Source of the DNA: a virus
Taxonomy: Duplodnaviria > Caudoviricetes
Direction: 5' to 3' (one strand)
Virus record (IMG/VR): IMGVR_UViG_3300032270_000804
Coordinates: 1-41,838 of that record
DNA length: 41,838 nucleotides
The notes beneath the pieces are model-generated. The model had not been told where the DNA came from and ran no database searches. It worked only from the letters and a program-made list of their open reading frames with translations. Shown here one piece after another: positions 14,191 to 24,783 of the stretch (positions are counted from its first letter, which is position 1; each line of letters starts with the position of its first letter). Made by a program: the position numbers and the translations under genes.

Positions 14191-16947
14191 GTGGCTTACA
14201 GAGCCGAAATCGAAATAGGCGTAAGGGGCACAGAAAAGCTCAGAGATCTTCGCAATACAATAACTAATTTAAATGAAGGCATAGTAAGACTAAATGATCT
14301 TGCTAATACTTTTAATGCGCCTATTCAAAGTCTTGCTAACTATAACATATCATTAAAAATAGCTGTTGATAATTTAAATAAAGTTGAATTAGGAACTAAA
14401 GATGCTGCAGATGCTATAGATACGTATGTACGTGCATTGGGGGATCGAAATGAAGCAGAGTACAAAGTAAATAAAGCTATTGCAGATAGAATTAAACTTT
14501 TAGAAGAAGAAGCAAGAGTACAAAAATTAACCGCAGCTGGAGTTTTTGAGACTACGAGGTTTAAACAGCCTATAGGGCCTGCAAGGCCTTCAGGAGTTGT
14601 TCCAGCTGGAGGTTTTCCTGTATCCGGACCGCTGCAGTCGCCAGGTTTTCAAGGTACGCAAAAACAAGTAGGTAAATTTGGCGAAAATCTTGCTCTGGGT
14701 GCAGGCTTTCCGCTTTTGTTTGGAGGAGGCCCTGGTTCAGTAGCTGGTTCAGTTCTTGGATCGTTCGTAGGTAGTGGTTTTGGTGGTCAAATCCTTGGCG
14801 GTGCTTTAGGCGCCATCATTGATCAGACAGTAACTAAAGTAGCTGCATTAGGCACTGCTATTCAGCAATTAGATTTTAAAACTTTAGAATCAAGTGGCAT
14901 TCGCTTAACTGCAGAACTTCAAACACAAGTGCAGTTACTGCGTCAAGTTGGCGATGCTACACAAGCTAGGAAAGTAGTAGAAGGAGAGATACTTAATATC
15001 ACTGGCGCTGTGCCAGGGACAATCGTCGGTATTTCTGATGCTGTAAATCTGCTCACATCTGCCTGGACTGATTTTACAGCCAGCATTGGTGTAACAGTAG
15101 GTATTATTGGAGCGCCTCTAGCCGCTGCTTTAGCTGCAGTTTTAAATACTGTAAATCTAATTCTAAAAGGATTTAATACACTTCTAAGTCTCCTTGCTGC
15201 AGGAATTAAAGCTGTAGGCGAGTGGGTAGTTACATTAACCGCAGGACAACAAGCACTAAAAGCTATAAATGATATTTTAAAATCTAACAACCAGGAAATT
15301 CAAAACGCTCGTGCTGAGTACCAGCCTATACTTTCTGACCTGAATTCTCAAGTTCTTCTAAATCGTGAAATTTTAAATATCGAAAAACAAAAACGTTCAC
15401 CCAATACTGCAGCTGATAAAGAATATAACTCTGTACTTACAGAACGTCAAAATATCATAAGAATCAACGCACAATACGATGAAGAAATTAGAAAACAAAA
15501 TGAAAAAATTACTGAAGCTAATAAAGCACAAGTTGAACAAGCTATTCGGCTGCTTAACGTCAAGCGCAACCAAGCTATTGAAGAAACACAAGTCAGAAAA
15601 AACCTGGAGCAACAAAACCTTGCTTATCAGGCTCAGCAAGCAGCTCTTCGTGCTGCAAAAGCTGCAGCAACTGAGCAAGATAGAGTACAGAAAGCCATTG
15701 CAAATACCCAAAAAGAAATTCTTCAAACTGGACTTGAAAGAGTTAATGTTCAATATGATCTAGATACTTTAGCAAGAGGAGAATACGCTGTACTAAAAGA
15801 CCGTATTGCTAATGCACAAAAAGAATTAGATGTTCGTAATGCAATTCTTCAAAAAGAAGAGGAGGCTGCATTAGCCGCAGCAAAAACTCCCGGAGAAGAA
15901 GCTGTTGTAATCAGACTTTATCAAGAAAAAGCAAGATTACTTAGCGATCAGGCCAACTATCAAAATACCTTAAACTACAATAGAGCTATTGAGCTCAAGT
16001 ACACTAAAGATATTTTAGCTATACAAAATAAAGGTGCAGTACGTAAAGCAAGTTTTTCAGCACAGGCAGACATTGCAACTGCACGTCAAAATCTAGAAAA
16101 ATCCACTGGTGGAACAGGTTTTGGCTTTGCTCAGCAAGAATTAGCAGCACAACAAGCTGCTCGACGTTCTGAACTTGATCTTCAAATGCAGTTAGTTGCG
16201 CGTATGCAACAGCAACTACCAAAATTAGAAGGAGATGCTGCCACTGCAATGCAAACTGCTATTGCACAGCAGACAGATCTAAATGCCATTGAACTTAACC
16301 GTATAGAAACTCTTACTGCACTGGAGCAACAGCAACTACGAGTTAATCAAGTAACAGAACAATACGGCCCTATCGCTTCAAGCATAGGTGATGCCTTTGG
16401 CACATCTTTCAAAGGTATTGTTGACGGTACTATGACTGCTCAGCAAGCACTGGCTAGCTTTTTCCAAAGTGTTGCCAGTTCTTTCTTAGATATGGCAGCA
16501 AAAATTATTGCCAAATGGATTGAGATGACAATCCTCAACTCCATACTTCGAATTTTCCCCGGCGGTGGACTAGCGGGCTCTGGTGGAGCTGGATTTGATA
16601 TGGGTTCACTTAATGGTGTTGGTATGGCCGGATTTAATCCGGGTAATAGTTTCAATCTTGCAGGACGAGCTGCTGGCGGTCCCGTATCCGCTGGAATGCC
16701 CTACATGGTAGGCGAGAAAGGCCCAGAACTGTTCCTGCCTCGCAGCAGCGGTACTATCATCCCCAATAACGCTCTCAGCGCTGGCACCACCAACGTCGTT
16801 GTCAACGTCGATGCCAGCGGCAACTCCAACATCCAAGGCGACCAAGCCCAAGGCAAACAGCTGGGACTTGTCGTTTCTGCTGCAGTTCAGGCAGAATTGA
16901 TAAAACAACAACGTCCAGGTGGCCTCCTGGCTGGAACTCGACGCTAA
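14191..16947 (+). CDS. tape measure protein
   Basis: 918 aa, helical/coiled-coil, Gly-rich hydrophobic patch, C-terminal RAAGGPV...YMVGEKGPELFLP. Confidence 0.93.
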   Translation: MAYRAEIEIGVRGTEKLRDLRNTITNLNEGIVRLNDLANTFNAPIQSLANYNISLKIAVDNLNKVELGTKDAADAIDTYVRALGDRNEAEYKVNKAIADRIKLLEEEARVQKLTAAGVFETTRFKQPIGPARPSGVVPAGGFPVSGPLQSPGFQGTQKQVGKFGENLALGAGFPLLFGGGPGSVAGSVLGSFVGSGFGGQILGGALGAIIDQTVTKVAALGTAIQQLDFKTLESSGIRLTAELQTQVQLLRQVGDATQARKVVEGEILNITGAVPGTIVGISDAVNLLTSAWTDFTASIGVTVGIIGAPLAAALAAVLNTVNLILKGFNTLLSLLAAGIKAVGEWVVTLTAGQQALKAINDILKSNNQEIQNARAEYQPILSDLNSQVLLNREILNIEKQKRSPNTAADKEYNSVLTERQNIIRINAQYDEEIRKQNEKITEANKAQVEQAIRLLNVKRNQAIEETQVRKNLEQQNLAYQAQQAALRAAKAAATEQDRVQKAIANTQKEILQTGLERVNVQYDLDTLARGEYAVLKDRIANAQKELDVRNAILQKEEEAALAAAKTPGEEAVVIRLYQEKARLLSDQANYQNTLNYNRAIELKYTKDILAIQNKGAVRKASFSAQADIATARQNLEKSTGGTGFGFAQQELAAQQAARRSELDLQMQLVARMQQQLPKLEGDAATAMQTAIAQQTDLNAIELNRIETLTALEQQQLRVNQVTEQYGPIASSIGDAFGTSFKGIVDGTMTAQQALASFFQSVASSFLDMAAKIIAKWIEMTILNSILRIFPGGGLAGSGGAGFDMGSLNGVGMAGFNPGNSFNLAGRAAGGPVSAGMPYMVGEKGPELFLPRSSGTIIPNNALSAGTTNVVVNVDASGNSNIQGDQAQGKQLGLVVSAAVQAELIKQQRPGGLLAGTRR

Positions 16948-17351
16948 TGGCTTACTACTACGGCTACCAAGGCTCCGTAAAATTCAACAGCACTGGAGGC
17001 ACTGCAGCGACCATCGTCAAGGTCACTGAGTGGACTATCTCAGTGGAAAAACAAATCTATGAAACTACCCAAATCAATGACACATACTCCAAAAAATGCG
17101 GAGGTCTCATCTCAGGCTCTGGAACTGTCAATTTGATCTACACCGGTGACAACAACTCATTTATCGAAGCTGTCAATACATCTTCCGACGCTGGCCAAGC
17201 TCTGTTTGAGCTGTACCTATCAGAAACTGACACAAAACGTATTGTTTTCAATGGCATCATCACAAAAGCCTCTTACAGTGCTTCAGTAGAGGACATATCT
17301 AAAATGAGTTGTGACTTCGTTACAAACGGCACCATCACACTGGATCTGTAA
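16947..17351 (+). CDS. second tail-tube-like protein
   Basis: Aligns by eye with 12743-13513 (KVTEWTISVEKQIYETTQI vs QVRDWSFDISRAEIDVTTI; FELY vs FKLY). Confidence 0.7.
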   Translation: MAYYYGYQGSVKFNSTGGTAATIVKVTEWTISVEKQIYETTQINDTYSKKCGGLISGSGTVNLIYTGDNNSFIEAVNTSSDAGQALFELYLSETDTKRIVFNGIITKASYSASVEDISKMSCDFVTNGTITLDL

Positions 17352-17689
17352 TGGCTACTTTCCCTAGCATCGCACCAACTTACGGTGCTCAAAAAACAAG
17401 TCAGCCACGTGTCCGCACTACACAGTTCGGTGATGGTTACAGCCAAAGAATACGTTTCGGCTTAAACACCAACCCTAAAAGCTGGTCCCTTACCTGGGAA
17501 GTGTCAGAAACTGACGCAGACACGATCGAAACATTCCTCGACGCCCGTGGTGGTGCTGAATCGTTTGACTGGACTCCACCCGGTGGCGAAAGTGCTGCTA
17601 AATGGATCTGCCAGCAATGGAACAAAGCAATTCCCTACCTAAATCGCGCCACCATAACAGCAACATTTACTCAGGTATTTGAATCATGA
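17351..17689 (+). CDS. distal tail protein (lambda gpM-like)
   Basis: FGDGYSQR, FLDARGGAESFDWTPP and ITATFTQVFE motifs. Confidence 0.92.
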   Translation: MATFPSIAPTYGAQKTSQPRVRTTQFGDGYSQRIRFGLNTNPKSWSLTWEVSETDADTIETFLDARGGAESFDWTPPGGESAAKWICQQWNKAIPYLNRATITATFTQVFES

Positions 17690-19248
17690 GTGAAATGTTC
17701 CAAGAGCTTCTTAGCTCTAACCCTTACGCAATCATCGAACTATTTGAACTGCATCTTGATGCAACGCTGCACGGCAGCAGTGAAATTATTCGATTTCATG
17801 CTGGTGTAAATCAGACATCAACCAGTGGCGACGTTTACTGGCAAGGAAATCCTTATCAGGCATTACCGATTGAAGTCGAAGGCTTTGAATATATGGGCAA
17901 TGGCCAGTTACCTAGACCCAAAGTACGCGTATCAAATTTGCTCGGCAGTATTTCAGCACTATTACTTGGTGTCAATGAAATTACTCCAGGCAATGATTTA
18001 ACCGGCGCTAAGTTTATTAGGATCCGCACGCTAAGCCGGTTTCTAGATCCAGTAAATTTTGAAGGCGGAATCAATCCATATGGCATACCAGCCAACGAAG
18101 AGATGCCCCGCGAAATTTATTACATAGATCGCAAATCACTTGAAAACAGGGAAATTGTTGAGTTTGAATTGGCGGCCATATTTGATTTGGCTGGTGTAAG
18201 AGCACCCAAACGGCAAGTAATTGCCAACATTTGCCAATGGAAATATCGCAGTGCAGAGTGTGGTTACACAGGATCAAATTATTTTGATGAATACGACAAT
18301 GCCATTGGCGCAGTACCGGCAACAAACTTCAATACCACGGGCTTTGGCTCTCAAGTAGTCACAAATCAAGTTCTAAATGAAGGTGATGCAATCGTCTCGT
18401 CCAATGGCTGGTATCGAGCCATCCTTCAATCTGACGGTAATTTTGTTACTTACAACAAGGCCAACACGCCCGTATGGTCTACTAATACTGTGCGTGGCGA
18501 TGGCTACTATCGGTTGCTAATGCAGTCAGATGGAAATCTAGTGCTCTACAGCGGAGACCTAACGGTAACTAACGCCATTTGGACATCAAACACAAGTGGC
18601 AGGGCCGCACCGACTGGTATTAGCTTTCTTGGCTGGTATCCAAGTGATGCTGGTCAAGGGCGTGCAAGTGGGTTTGGCTGGGAATGCGTAGGCTTTTCCC
18701 CTACTGCATCAGGGCAAACCAACACGCAAACTGAAACGTTCACAGTTAGTGGAAGATCCATAACTGTCCAATTTGTATTTGTAGCTGGCATCCTGAACTC
18801 AACTGGTCCCCATTACAGCGGTGAAACCTATGGCTGGAACGAGATCTCAAGCGTTAGCATCATCTCTAGTACTGGCACTTGGTATAGTAACGAGGTAGTT
18901 AGTTTATTCAAAACGCTCTCATCAAATAATCCATTTAAGTACAACAATCCTAAGGTTGGCACTTTGTACGAGGCCGGGGCCAATTACCAAGTTACAAGTG
19001 TCACAGGCAATACAAACAATTACCTGAGTTTGAACACTTCTGGAACTTTGATTGTGTACACCAGTTCCAATGTCCCTTTGTGGTCATCTGGTTATAGCAA
19101 CGCATCGGAACCACTGGTACAGTCTGGCACTGTCAATGCTGCCCAAGACGTATGTGGAAAACGTATCAGCAGTTGCAAAAAGCGTTTTGGTGAATTTGCT
19201 GAACTACCATTTGGATCATTCCCCAGTGTTGGTACGTTCTACGGATGA
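17686..19248 (+). CDS. tail tip protein (lambda gpL-like) with inserted bulb-type lectin domain
   Basis: [37 protein letters not shown] and [14 protein letters not shown] motifs; two QSDGNxVxY repeats. Confidence 0.92.
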   Translation: MSEMFQELLSSNPYAIIELFELHLDATLHGSSEIIRFHAGVNQTSTSGDVYWQGNPYQALPIEVEGFEYMGNGQLPRPKVRVSNLLGSISALLLGVNEITPGNDLTGAKFIRIRTLSRFLDPVNFEGGINPYGIPANEEMPREIYYIDRKSLENREIVEFELAAIFDLAGVRAPKRQVIANICQWKYRSAECGYTGSNYFDEYDNAIGAVPATNFNTTGFGSQVVTNQVLNEGDAIVSSNGWYRAILQSDGNFVTYNKANTPVWSTNTVRGDGYYRLLMQSDGNLVLYSGDLTVTNAIWTSNTSGRAAPTGISFLGWYPSDAGQGRASGFGWECVGFSPTASGQTNTQTETFTVSGRSITVQFVFVAGILNSTGPHYSGETYGWNEISSVSIISSTGTWYSNEVVSLFKTLSSNNPFKYNNPKVGTLYEAGANYQVTSVTGNTNNYLSLNTSGTLIVYTSSNVPLWSSGYSNASEPLVQSGTVNAAQDVCGKRISSCKKRFGEFAELPFGSFPSVGTFYG

Positions 19249-19955
19249 CTTACTGGAAAATTAAAGCTCTGGAACATGCACTGGCCGAGGCACCGCGTGA
19301 GGCATGTGGTTTGGTCGTGGTCATCAAAGGGCGGGAACGTTATTGGCCATGTAAAAACCTTGCTCCTGAGCAGGACTTTTTTGTATTGGATCCACAAGAC
19401 TACGCAAAAGCAGAAGACGCTGGCGAAATAGTTGCAGTCTTTCACAGCCACCCAAAATCACCAGCGCAACCAAGCCAAGCCGATTTGATGGCATGTGAAA
19501 AATCCGGCTTGAAATGGCACATCTGCAATCCTGGCACCGAAATGTGGTGTGAATTTAGCCCTACTGGGTACAAGGCTTCCTTAATTGGAAGAGAGTGGGT
19601 TTGGGGCGTGTCGGATTGCTGGACATTAGTACGCGATTGGTACAAGGAAACATGGGACATTGATTTAAAAGACTGGACACGACCAATGTCCATGCTGGAT
19701 TTTCATGAAGCTCCAATGTTTGCAGACTGCTTTCAAAAAACAGGTTTTGTTGACCTTGGCTTGGAACAGCCCGAATACGGCGATGGAATTTTGATGCAGC
19801 TTGATGGATCTCCTGGCTTGAATCATATGGCTGTCTACGTTGGAGACCAAATGATCTTGCACCATTTACGCGGCCGCTTAAGCAGTCGTGACGTTTGGGG
19901 CGGCTATTATCAGAAGAGCACAGGTTTGATTATCAGACACGAGAGCAGGTGCTGA
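19245..19955 (+). CDS. tail tip assembly protein (lambda gpK-like; JAB/MPN + NlpC/P60)
   Basis: PREACG, HSHP...[21 protein letters not shown] and ILHH motifs. Confidence 0.93.
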   Translation: MTYWKIKALEHALAEAPREACGLVVVIKGRERYWPCKNLAPEQDFFVLDPQDYAKAEDAGEIVAVFHSHPKSPAQPSQADLMACEKSGLKWHICNPGTEMWCEFSPTGYKASLIGREWVWGVSDCWTLVRDWYKETWDIDLKDWTRPMSMLDFHEAPMFADCFQKTGFVDLGLEQPEYGDGILMQLDGSPGLNHMAVYVGDQMILHHLRGRLSSRDVWGGYYQKSTGLIIRHESRC

Positions 19956-19958
19956 GTA

Positions 19959-20594
19959 ATGCTTAAGGTCATCAAGGTTTACGGCAAACTTGCCAAGCAC
20001 CTTCAGCAACGCAGCTTTAAGGCATCGGTCAAGACACCAGCTGAAGCCATTCGTTTTCTACTGGCTAATTTCCCCAGTCTTCGCAACGTCATGACCGATG
20101 GTGACTACAAGGTCACCGTTGGCCGTAACGAGTTAGACATTGGCGATCATCCAGAGCAGTTGCATTATCCAAGTGCATCATTTGAAACCATCAGGATTGT
20201 GCCCGTTGTCGCTGGTGCTGGCGCAGCAGGAAAGATCCTGGGTGGCGTAGCTTTGATCGCAGCAGCAATCTTGCTCGCTCCTGTAGGTGGTGGTTTCCTG
20301 GGGCTAGGAACTAATGCTCTTGCCGGTTCTTTTACACTTGGCGCGTCAGCGTCCATGGCAATTGGTTCAATCGGTGCAGCTTTAGTTTTAGGTGGTGTTT
20401 CTCAACTATTGACGCCAACGCAACGAATCTCAAGTGGCGACGATGGCACCAACGATCCACGTAAATCGTATAGCTTTTCTGGGATTCAGAACGTAAGCAG
20501 ACAAGGCGTTCCAGTTCCCGTAATTTATGGCGAAGTTTTTACTGGTAGTGTTGTAATTTCTGCAGGCATTAACACAGAAGAGGTAGCCAGCTAA
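19959..20594 (+). CDS. tail assembly protein (lambda gpI-like)
   Basis: IKVYGKL, IVPVVAGAG, SYSFSG and GVPVPVIYGE motifs. Confidence 0.92.
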   Translation: MLKVIKVYGKLAKHLQQRSFKASVKTPAEAIRFLLANFPSLRNVMTDGDYKVTVGRNELDIGDHPEQLHYPSASFETIRIVPVVAGAGAAGKILGGVALIAAAILLAPVGGGFLGLGTNALAGSFTLGASASMAIGSIGAALVLGGVSQLLTPTQRISSGDDGTNDPRKSYSFSGIQNVSRQGVPVPVIYGEVFTGSVVISAGINTEEVAS

Positions 20595-23500
20595 TGGACG
20601 AAAAACTAATTGCTGGTTCTGGTGGAGGCGGCGGTGGCGGCAAAGGCCAAAGTGGTGGCAGTGGCGGCGGCGCCAATGTAACTAAAGACAATCTTGATTC
20701 GCGCCAGGTTGCAAGAATTATTGACATGTTGAGTGAAGGAGAAATAGCAGGTTTCCCCTCCGCACGCACTTATTCACCTGGAACCACTACATATAATAAT
20801 GCACTGCTCAAAGATGTTTACTTTAACAAAACACCTGTATTACGCAAAGGTGCAAGCGACAGCAATCCTCAAACTTCTGATTTTAACTTTGATCTCACTG
20901 GTGCTGTTTTTGAGTTTCGTACAGGTACACAAAACCAAACCTATACCACAAATGTTGGTGCTGCAAACCAGCAAATATTTCAAGTTTCAACCAAAGTAAC
21001 TAATACATCACCAGTAACACGTTCTATCACAAATCCAAATGTAAGTAATGTTCGCGTAACTATTGGCACCCCTGCTCTACAAATTTTCAAATCAAATGGC
21101 GATGTAGAAGGCGCAAAAATTCAATATGAAATTCGTGCCTCATATAGCGGCGGACCATTTACAACTGTTGTAAGCAGTGAAATTGTTGGTCGTACTGCTG
21201 ACCTTTATCAACGCGTCCATCTGGTAGCCCTCACAGCACCACCGCCTGTTGATATTCGAGTCGTTCGCATCTCTCCCGACGCCCCAGTTTCGGGAACCAC
21301 CACTGAAAACAGTGACTTTTATTGGTACGACTACACCGAAAGAATTAGCGCTAAAACAACCTACCCCAACACAGCATTACTAGCGCTTAAAATCAATGCT
21401 GAACAATTCAGTAACATCCCAGACCGCAGTTATCGCATTCGTGGTGTAAAGATAAGCATTCCAAACAATGCAACTGTCGATTCGGATAACGGGCGTTTAA
21501 TTTATGCCGGAACATGGAATGGTACATTTGCTGCAGCGCAGTGGACCACCGACCCCGCATGGATATTATGGGACTTGCTAACAAATAAACGTTTTGGATT
21601 AGGCGACCATATTGATGGCAATCAACTGGATAAATGGAGTTTTTTACTGGCAAGTCAGTATTGTTCAGAACTTGTTCCTGACGGTAAAGGCGGACAAGAA
21701 CCACGTTTTTCATGCAATGTGGTCATCCAGACTCAGCAGGAAGCGTTTGAACTCATAAACAATCTTTGTTCAGTATTTCGCGCCATGCCGTTCTGGTCGG
21801 CTGGAACACTTGAAATCTCACAAGATCGCCCTCAAGATTATCAGTACTTTTTTAATCAAACCAACGTTACCGAAGAAGGTTTTAGTTATAGTTCCAGCGG
21901 TTTGAAAACTCGACATACAGTTGTTGTTGTCCAGTATTTTGACATGGAGTTACGCGACCTTGCCTACGAGGTTGTAGAAGATAAAACTAGCATCAATAAA
22001 TTTGGCATTGTAAAAACAGAAATCAGTGCTTTTGCTTGCACCAGTCAAGGTCAAGCTCGAAGAATTGGAGAATGGTTACTTTATACCGAACAGAATGAAA
22101 CCGAAATTGTTAGTTTTGCCACCAGTATTACCGCCGGTATATGTGTCCGCCCTGGAGATCCAATAAAAGTAGCTGATCCAGTTCGTGCGGGTGTGTCTCG
22201 ATCTGGCCGTTGCATTGATGGATCTACCACTACAAGTGTCAAGCTAGATCGTAGTGATGTGGTGTTATTTCCTAGTGGTCCACCATCTAGTTTTACGTTC
22301 AATGTGATTTTGCCCACTGGTCAAATGACTGGTATTGCAAATTCAACCCTTGTAGGCAACACAGTAAGTCTTGGTGGCACACTTCCTGCAGCACCTATTG
22401 CTGGTGCGCCATGGACAATCGGGACACCTCAACTTGGTATGTCCACTTGGCGTGTCTTAAGCGTCGTCGAAGATCAAGATATTTACAGAATCACTGCTGT
22501 TGCATACAACCCCAGTAAATATAACTATGTGGAGCGTGATGTTCCGCTGTTTATCCGTGACGTTTCAGATCTAAACGAGCCACCAGTAGCACCCAGCAAT
22601 CTTGCTGTAAGTGAAGTCTTGTACGAAAGCAATGGGCAAGTGCTTTCAAAATTGATTGTTACCTGGCGTGCTGCAGACCGTGCGCTGACGTATGAGTTGC
22701 GGTACCGCTATAACAACGGAAACTGGACAACCCGCACTACACGATCTATTGACGCCGAAATTCAAAATAGTGACGTTGGTACTTATGAAATACAAGTAGT
22801 TGCTATCGGTGCTATCAACAGTAAACGTTCAACACCAGCTTCAAGCACCTTTAATGCCCTAGGCAAAACCGCTCCGCCAGTTACAATTCCAGATTTATTT
22901 ATTGCACCTATCGACGAACACACAGCAGAACTGTACTGGCCGCAGTCCGTTGATATTGACGTTCGGATTGGCGGCAAAATTCGTATTCGACACTCGCCCC
23001 TTGTAGATGGCACAGCAACTTGGGGACAAGCAAACGACATCACACCAGCTGTTGCTGGTAGCAGCACTAGAAAAATTGTCCCTTTACTTGAAGGCACCTA
23101 TTTTATTCGTGCTGTTGACTCGTTAGGCAATGAATCTGCTGGTGTTGCTACGGTCATTGTTGACCTTCCAGCCCCACAAGATTTGCTGCTGGTACAGCAA
23201 TACCGTGAAGAAGACAATAGTCCACCATTTAACGGCACTGGGACAAACCTCTATTACAACGACACAGAAATCGGTTTAGTTTTGTCGGCTGATGTGTTGA
23301 TTGATGATATGGCAACAGATGGAAATTGGGATGCATTAGGCGTTATTGATTACATTGGTGGCGCAGTAAGTGAAGGCAATTATGTCTTTTATGAAACATT
23401 GGATCTGGGCGGAGTCTACGATCTTGGTTTGCAGCGCATTCTCAAAACTCGCGCTTATGAGCCAGGGAATACATGGGATGAACGGCTGGGTGATATCGAC

Positions 23501-23971
23501 CTCTGGAATGATATTGATGGTGACGATTTGGGCGCTGCCAACTGTGATATGTACGTTCGCACAACGGCTGATAATCCAAGCGGCTCTCCAGTGTGGAAAG
23601 ACTGGCAACCCTTTGTCAATAACTCACATCGCGGACGTGGTTTCCAGTTCAAAGTAATTGCCACCAGCAACAACCCTGCTCAAAACGTTGTCATCGAAGA
23701 ACTTGGCGTAGAAACGCATTTTGAGCGACGCACAGAACAACAACGCAATTTGACCAGTGGCGCCGGATCGTATGTCGTGACCTTCCCGACCAAGTTTTAC
23801 GGAACACCCAGCATTGGAATCACAGCTCAAGACATGAGTACAGGTGACTACTTTACGATCAGTAGTGCCAGCCGTTCAGGGTTTACAGTGACTTTCCGCA
23901 ATAGTAGCGGTACGATAGTCAGTAAGACCTTTGATTACCAGGCTGTCGGCCACGGCAGGGAGATCACCTAA
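20594..23971 (+). CDS. central tail fibre / host specificity protein (lambda gpJ-like)
   Basis: 1125 aa; LSEGEIAG, WTTDPAWILWDLLT, EPRFSCN, CTSQGQARRIG motifs; FN3-like repeats. Confidence 0.95.
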   Translation: MDEKLIAGSGGGGGGGKGQSGGSGGGANVTKDNLDSRQVARIIDMLSEGEIAGFPSARTYSPGTTTYNNALLKDVYFNKTPVLRKGASDSNPQTSDFNFDLTGAVFEFRTGTQNQTYTTNVGAANQQIFQVSTKVTNTSPVTRSITNPNVSNVRVTIGTPALQIFKSNGDVEGAKIQYEIRASYSGGPFTTVVSSEIVGRTADLYQRVHLVALTAPPPVDIRVVRISPDAPVSGTTTENSDFYWYDYTERISAKTTYPNTALLALKINAEQFSNIPDRSYRIRGVKISIPNNATVDSDNGRLIYAGTWNGTFAAAQWTTDPAWILWDLLTNKRFGLGDHIDGNQLDKWSFLLASQYCSELVPDGKGGQEPRFSCNVVIQTQQEAFELINNLCSVFRAMPFWSAGTLEISQDRPQDYQYFFNQTNVTEEGFSYSSSGLKTRHTVVVVQYFDMELRDLAYEVVEDKTSINKFGIVKTEISAFACTSQGQARRIGEWLLYTEQNETEIVSFATSITAGICVRPGDPIKVADPVRAGVSRSGRCIDGSTTTSVKLDRSDVVLFPSGPPSSFTFNVILPTGQMTGIANSTLVGNTVSLGGTLPAAPIAGAPWTIGTPQLGMSTWRVLSVVEDQDIYRITAVAYNPSKYNYVERDVPLFIRDVSDLNEPPVAPSNLAVSEVLYESNGQVLSKLIVTWRAADRALTYELRYRYNNGNWTTRTTRSIDAEIQNSDVGTYEIQVVAIGAINSKRSTPASSTFNALGKTAPPVTIPDLFIAPIDEHTAELYWPQSVDIDVRIGGKIRIRHSPLVDGTATWGQANDITPAVAGSSTRKIVPLLEGTYFIRAVDSLGNESAGVATVIVDLPAPQDLLLVQQYREEDNSPPFNGTGTNLYYNDTEIGLVLSADVLIDDMATDGNWDALGVIDYIGGAVSEGNYVFYETLDLGGVYDLGLQRILKTRAYEPGNTWDERLGDIDLWNDIDGDDLGAANCDMYVRTTADNPSGSPVWKDWQPFVNNSHRGRGFQFKVIATSNNPAQNVVIEELGVETHFERRTEQQRNLTSGAGSYVVTFPTKFYGTPSIGITAQDMSTGDYFTISSASRSGFTVTFRNSSGTIVSKTFDYQAVGHGREIT

Positions 23972-24780
23972 TGGCACAGGCTACGGATTACTCACTAGCC
24001 AACCAATCAGGCGCCAACTTTCGCGCCGAATTAAATACCGTCTTGGCGGCTGTAGTCAGCCAAAACTCAGGCAGTACAGCGCCAACAACAACGTACGCTT
24101 ACCAGCTATGGATTGACACCAGTGTCAGTCCAAACCCCCTGCTGAAACTACGCAACGGGGCCAATAGCGGCTGGATCACGATTGGCGATGTAACCGTTGC
24201 CAATTTGGGCCTAGCAGCCCTAAGTGGAGCTGTATTCACTGGCGACATTACGCTTAATGCTCAGTCCGATTTACGTTTTGCAGACTCAGATAGCAGCAAC
24301 TGGGTAGCATTGCAAGCGCCTGCCACGGTTAGCACTAATGTCACTTGGACTTTACCAAGTGCTGATGGCAGCTCATCGCAAGCACTTAGCACCAACGGCT
24401 CTGGAACTTTAAGTTGGGCTAGTTTTGCGGCTCTTGCAACTGCTCAAACGTTTACTGCTCAACAACGTGGTGCAATTTCTGCATTAACCGATGGCGCTAC
24501 CATCACACCTGATTTCAGTCTGGCCAACAATTTCAGCGTTACATTGGGTGGGTCAAGAACACTTGCTAACCCGACAAATTTGATAGCTGGAGCCAGTGGA
24601 TGTATTTGGATTACGCAAGACGGAACAGGTAGCCGAGTCTTGTCTTACGGCAGTTATTGGGACTTTACAGGCGGAACGGTGCCTACACTCAGTACCGCAG
24701 CTGGCGCCCGTGATTGCCTAGTGTATTCAGTCCAATCAACAACACAAATTACGACCACCCTTATCACTAACTTGAGCTAA
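23971..24780 (+). CDS. side tail fibre protein
   Basis: NQSGANFRAELN N-terminal anchor; TLANPTN and ITQDGTGSR motifs. Confidence 0.8.
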   Translation: MAQATDYSLANQSGANFRAELNTVLAAVVSQNSGSTAPTTTYAYQLWIDTSVSPNPLLKLRNGANSGWITIGDVTVANLGLAALSGAVFTGDITLNAQSDLRFADSDSSNWVALQAPATVSTNVTWTLPSADGSSSQALSTNGSGTLSWASFAALATAQTFTAQQRGAISALTDGATITPDFSLANNFSVTLGGSRTLANPTNLIAGASGCIWITQDGTGSRVLSYGSYWDFTGGTVPTLSTAAGARDCLVYSVQSTTQITTTLITNLS

Positions 24781-24783
24781 GTC

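Noticed and set aside
20618-20672. GGC/GGT-rich low-complexity run
   Set aside because: Encodes the Gly-rich N-terminus usual for gpJ-like proteins
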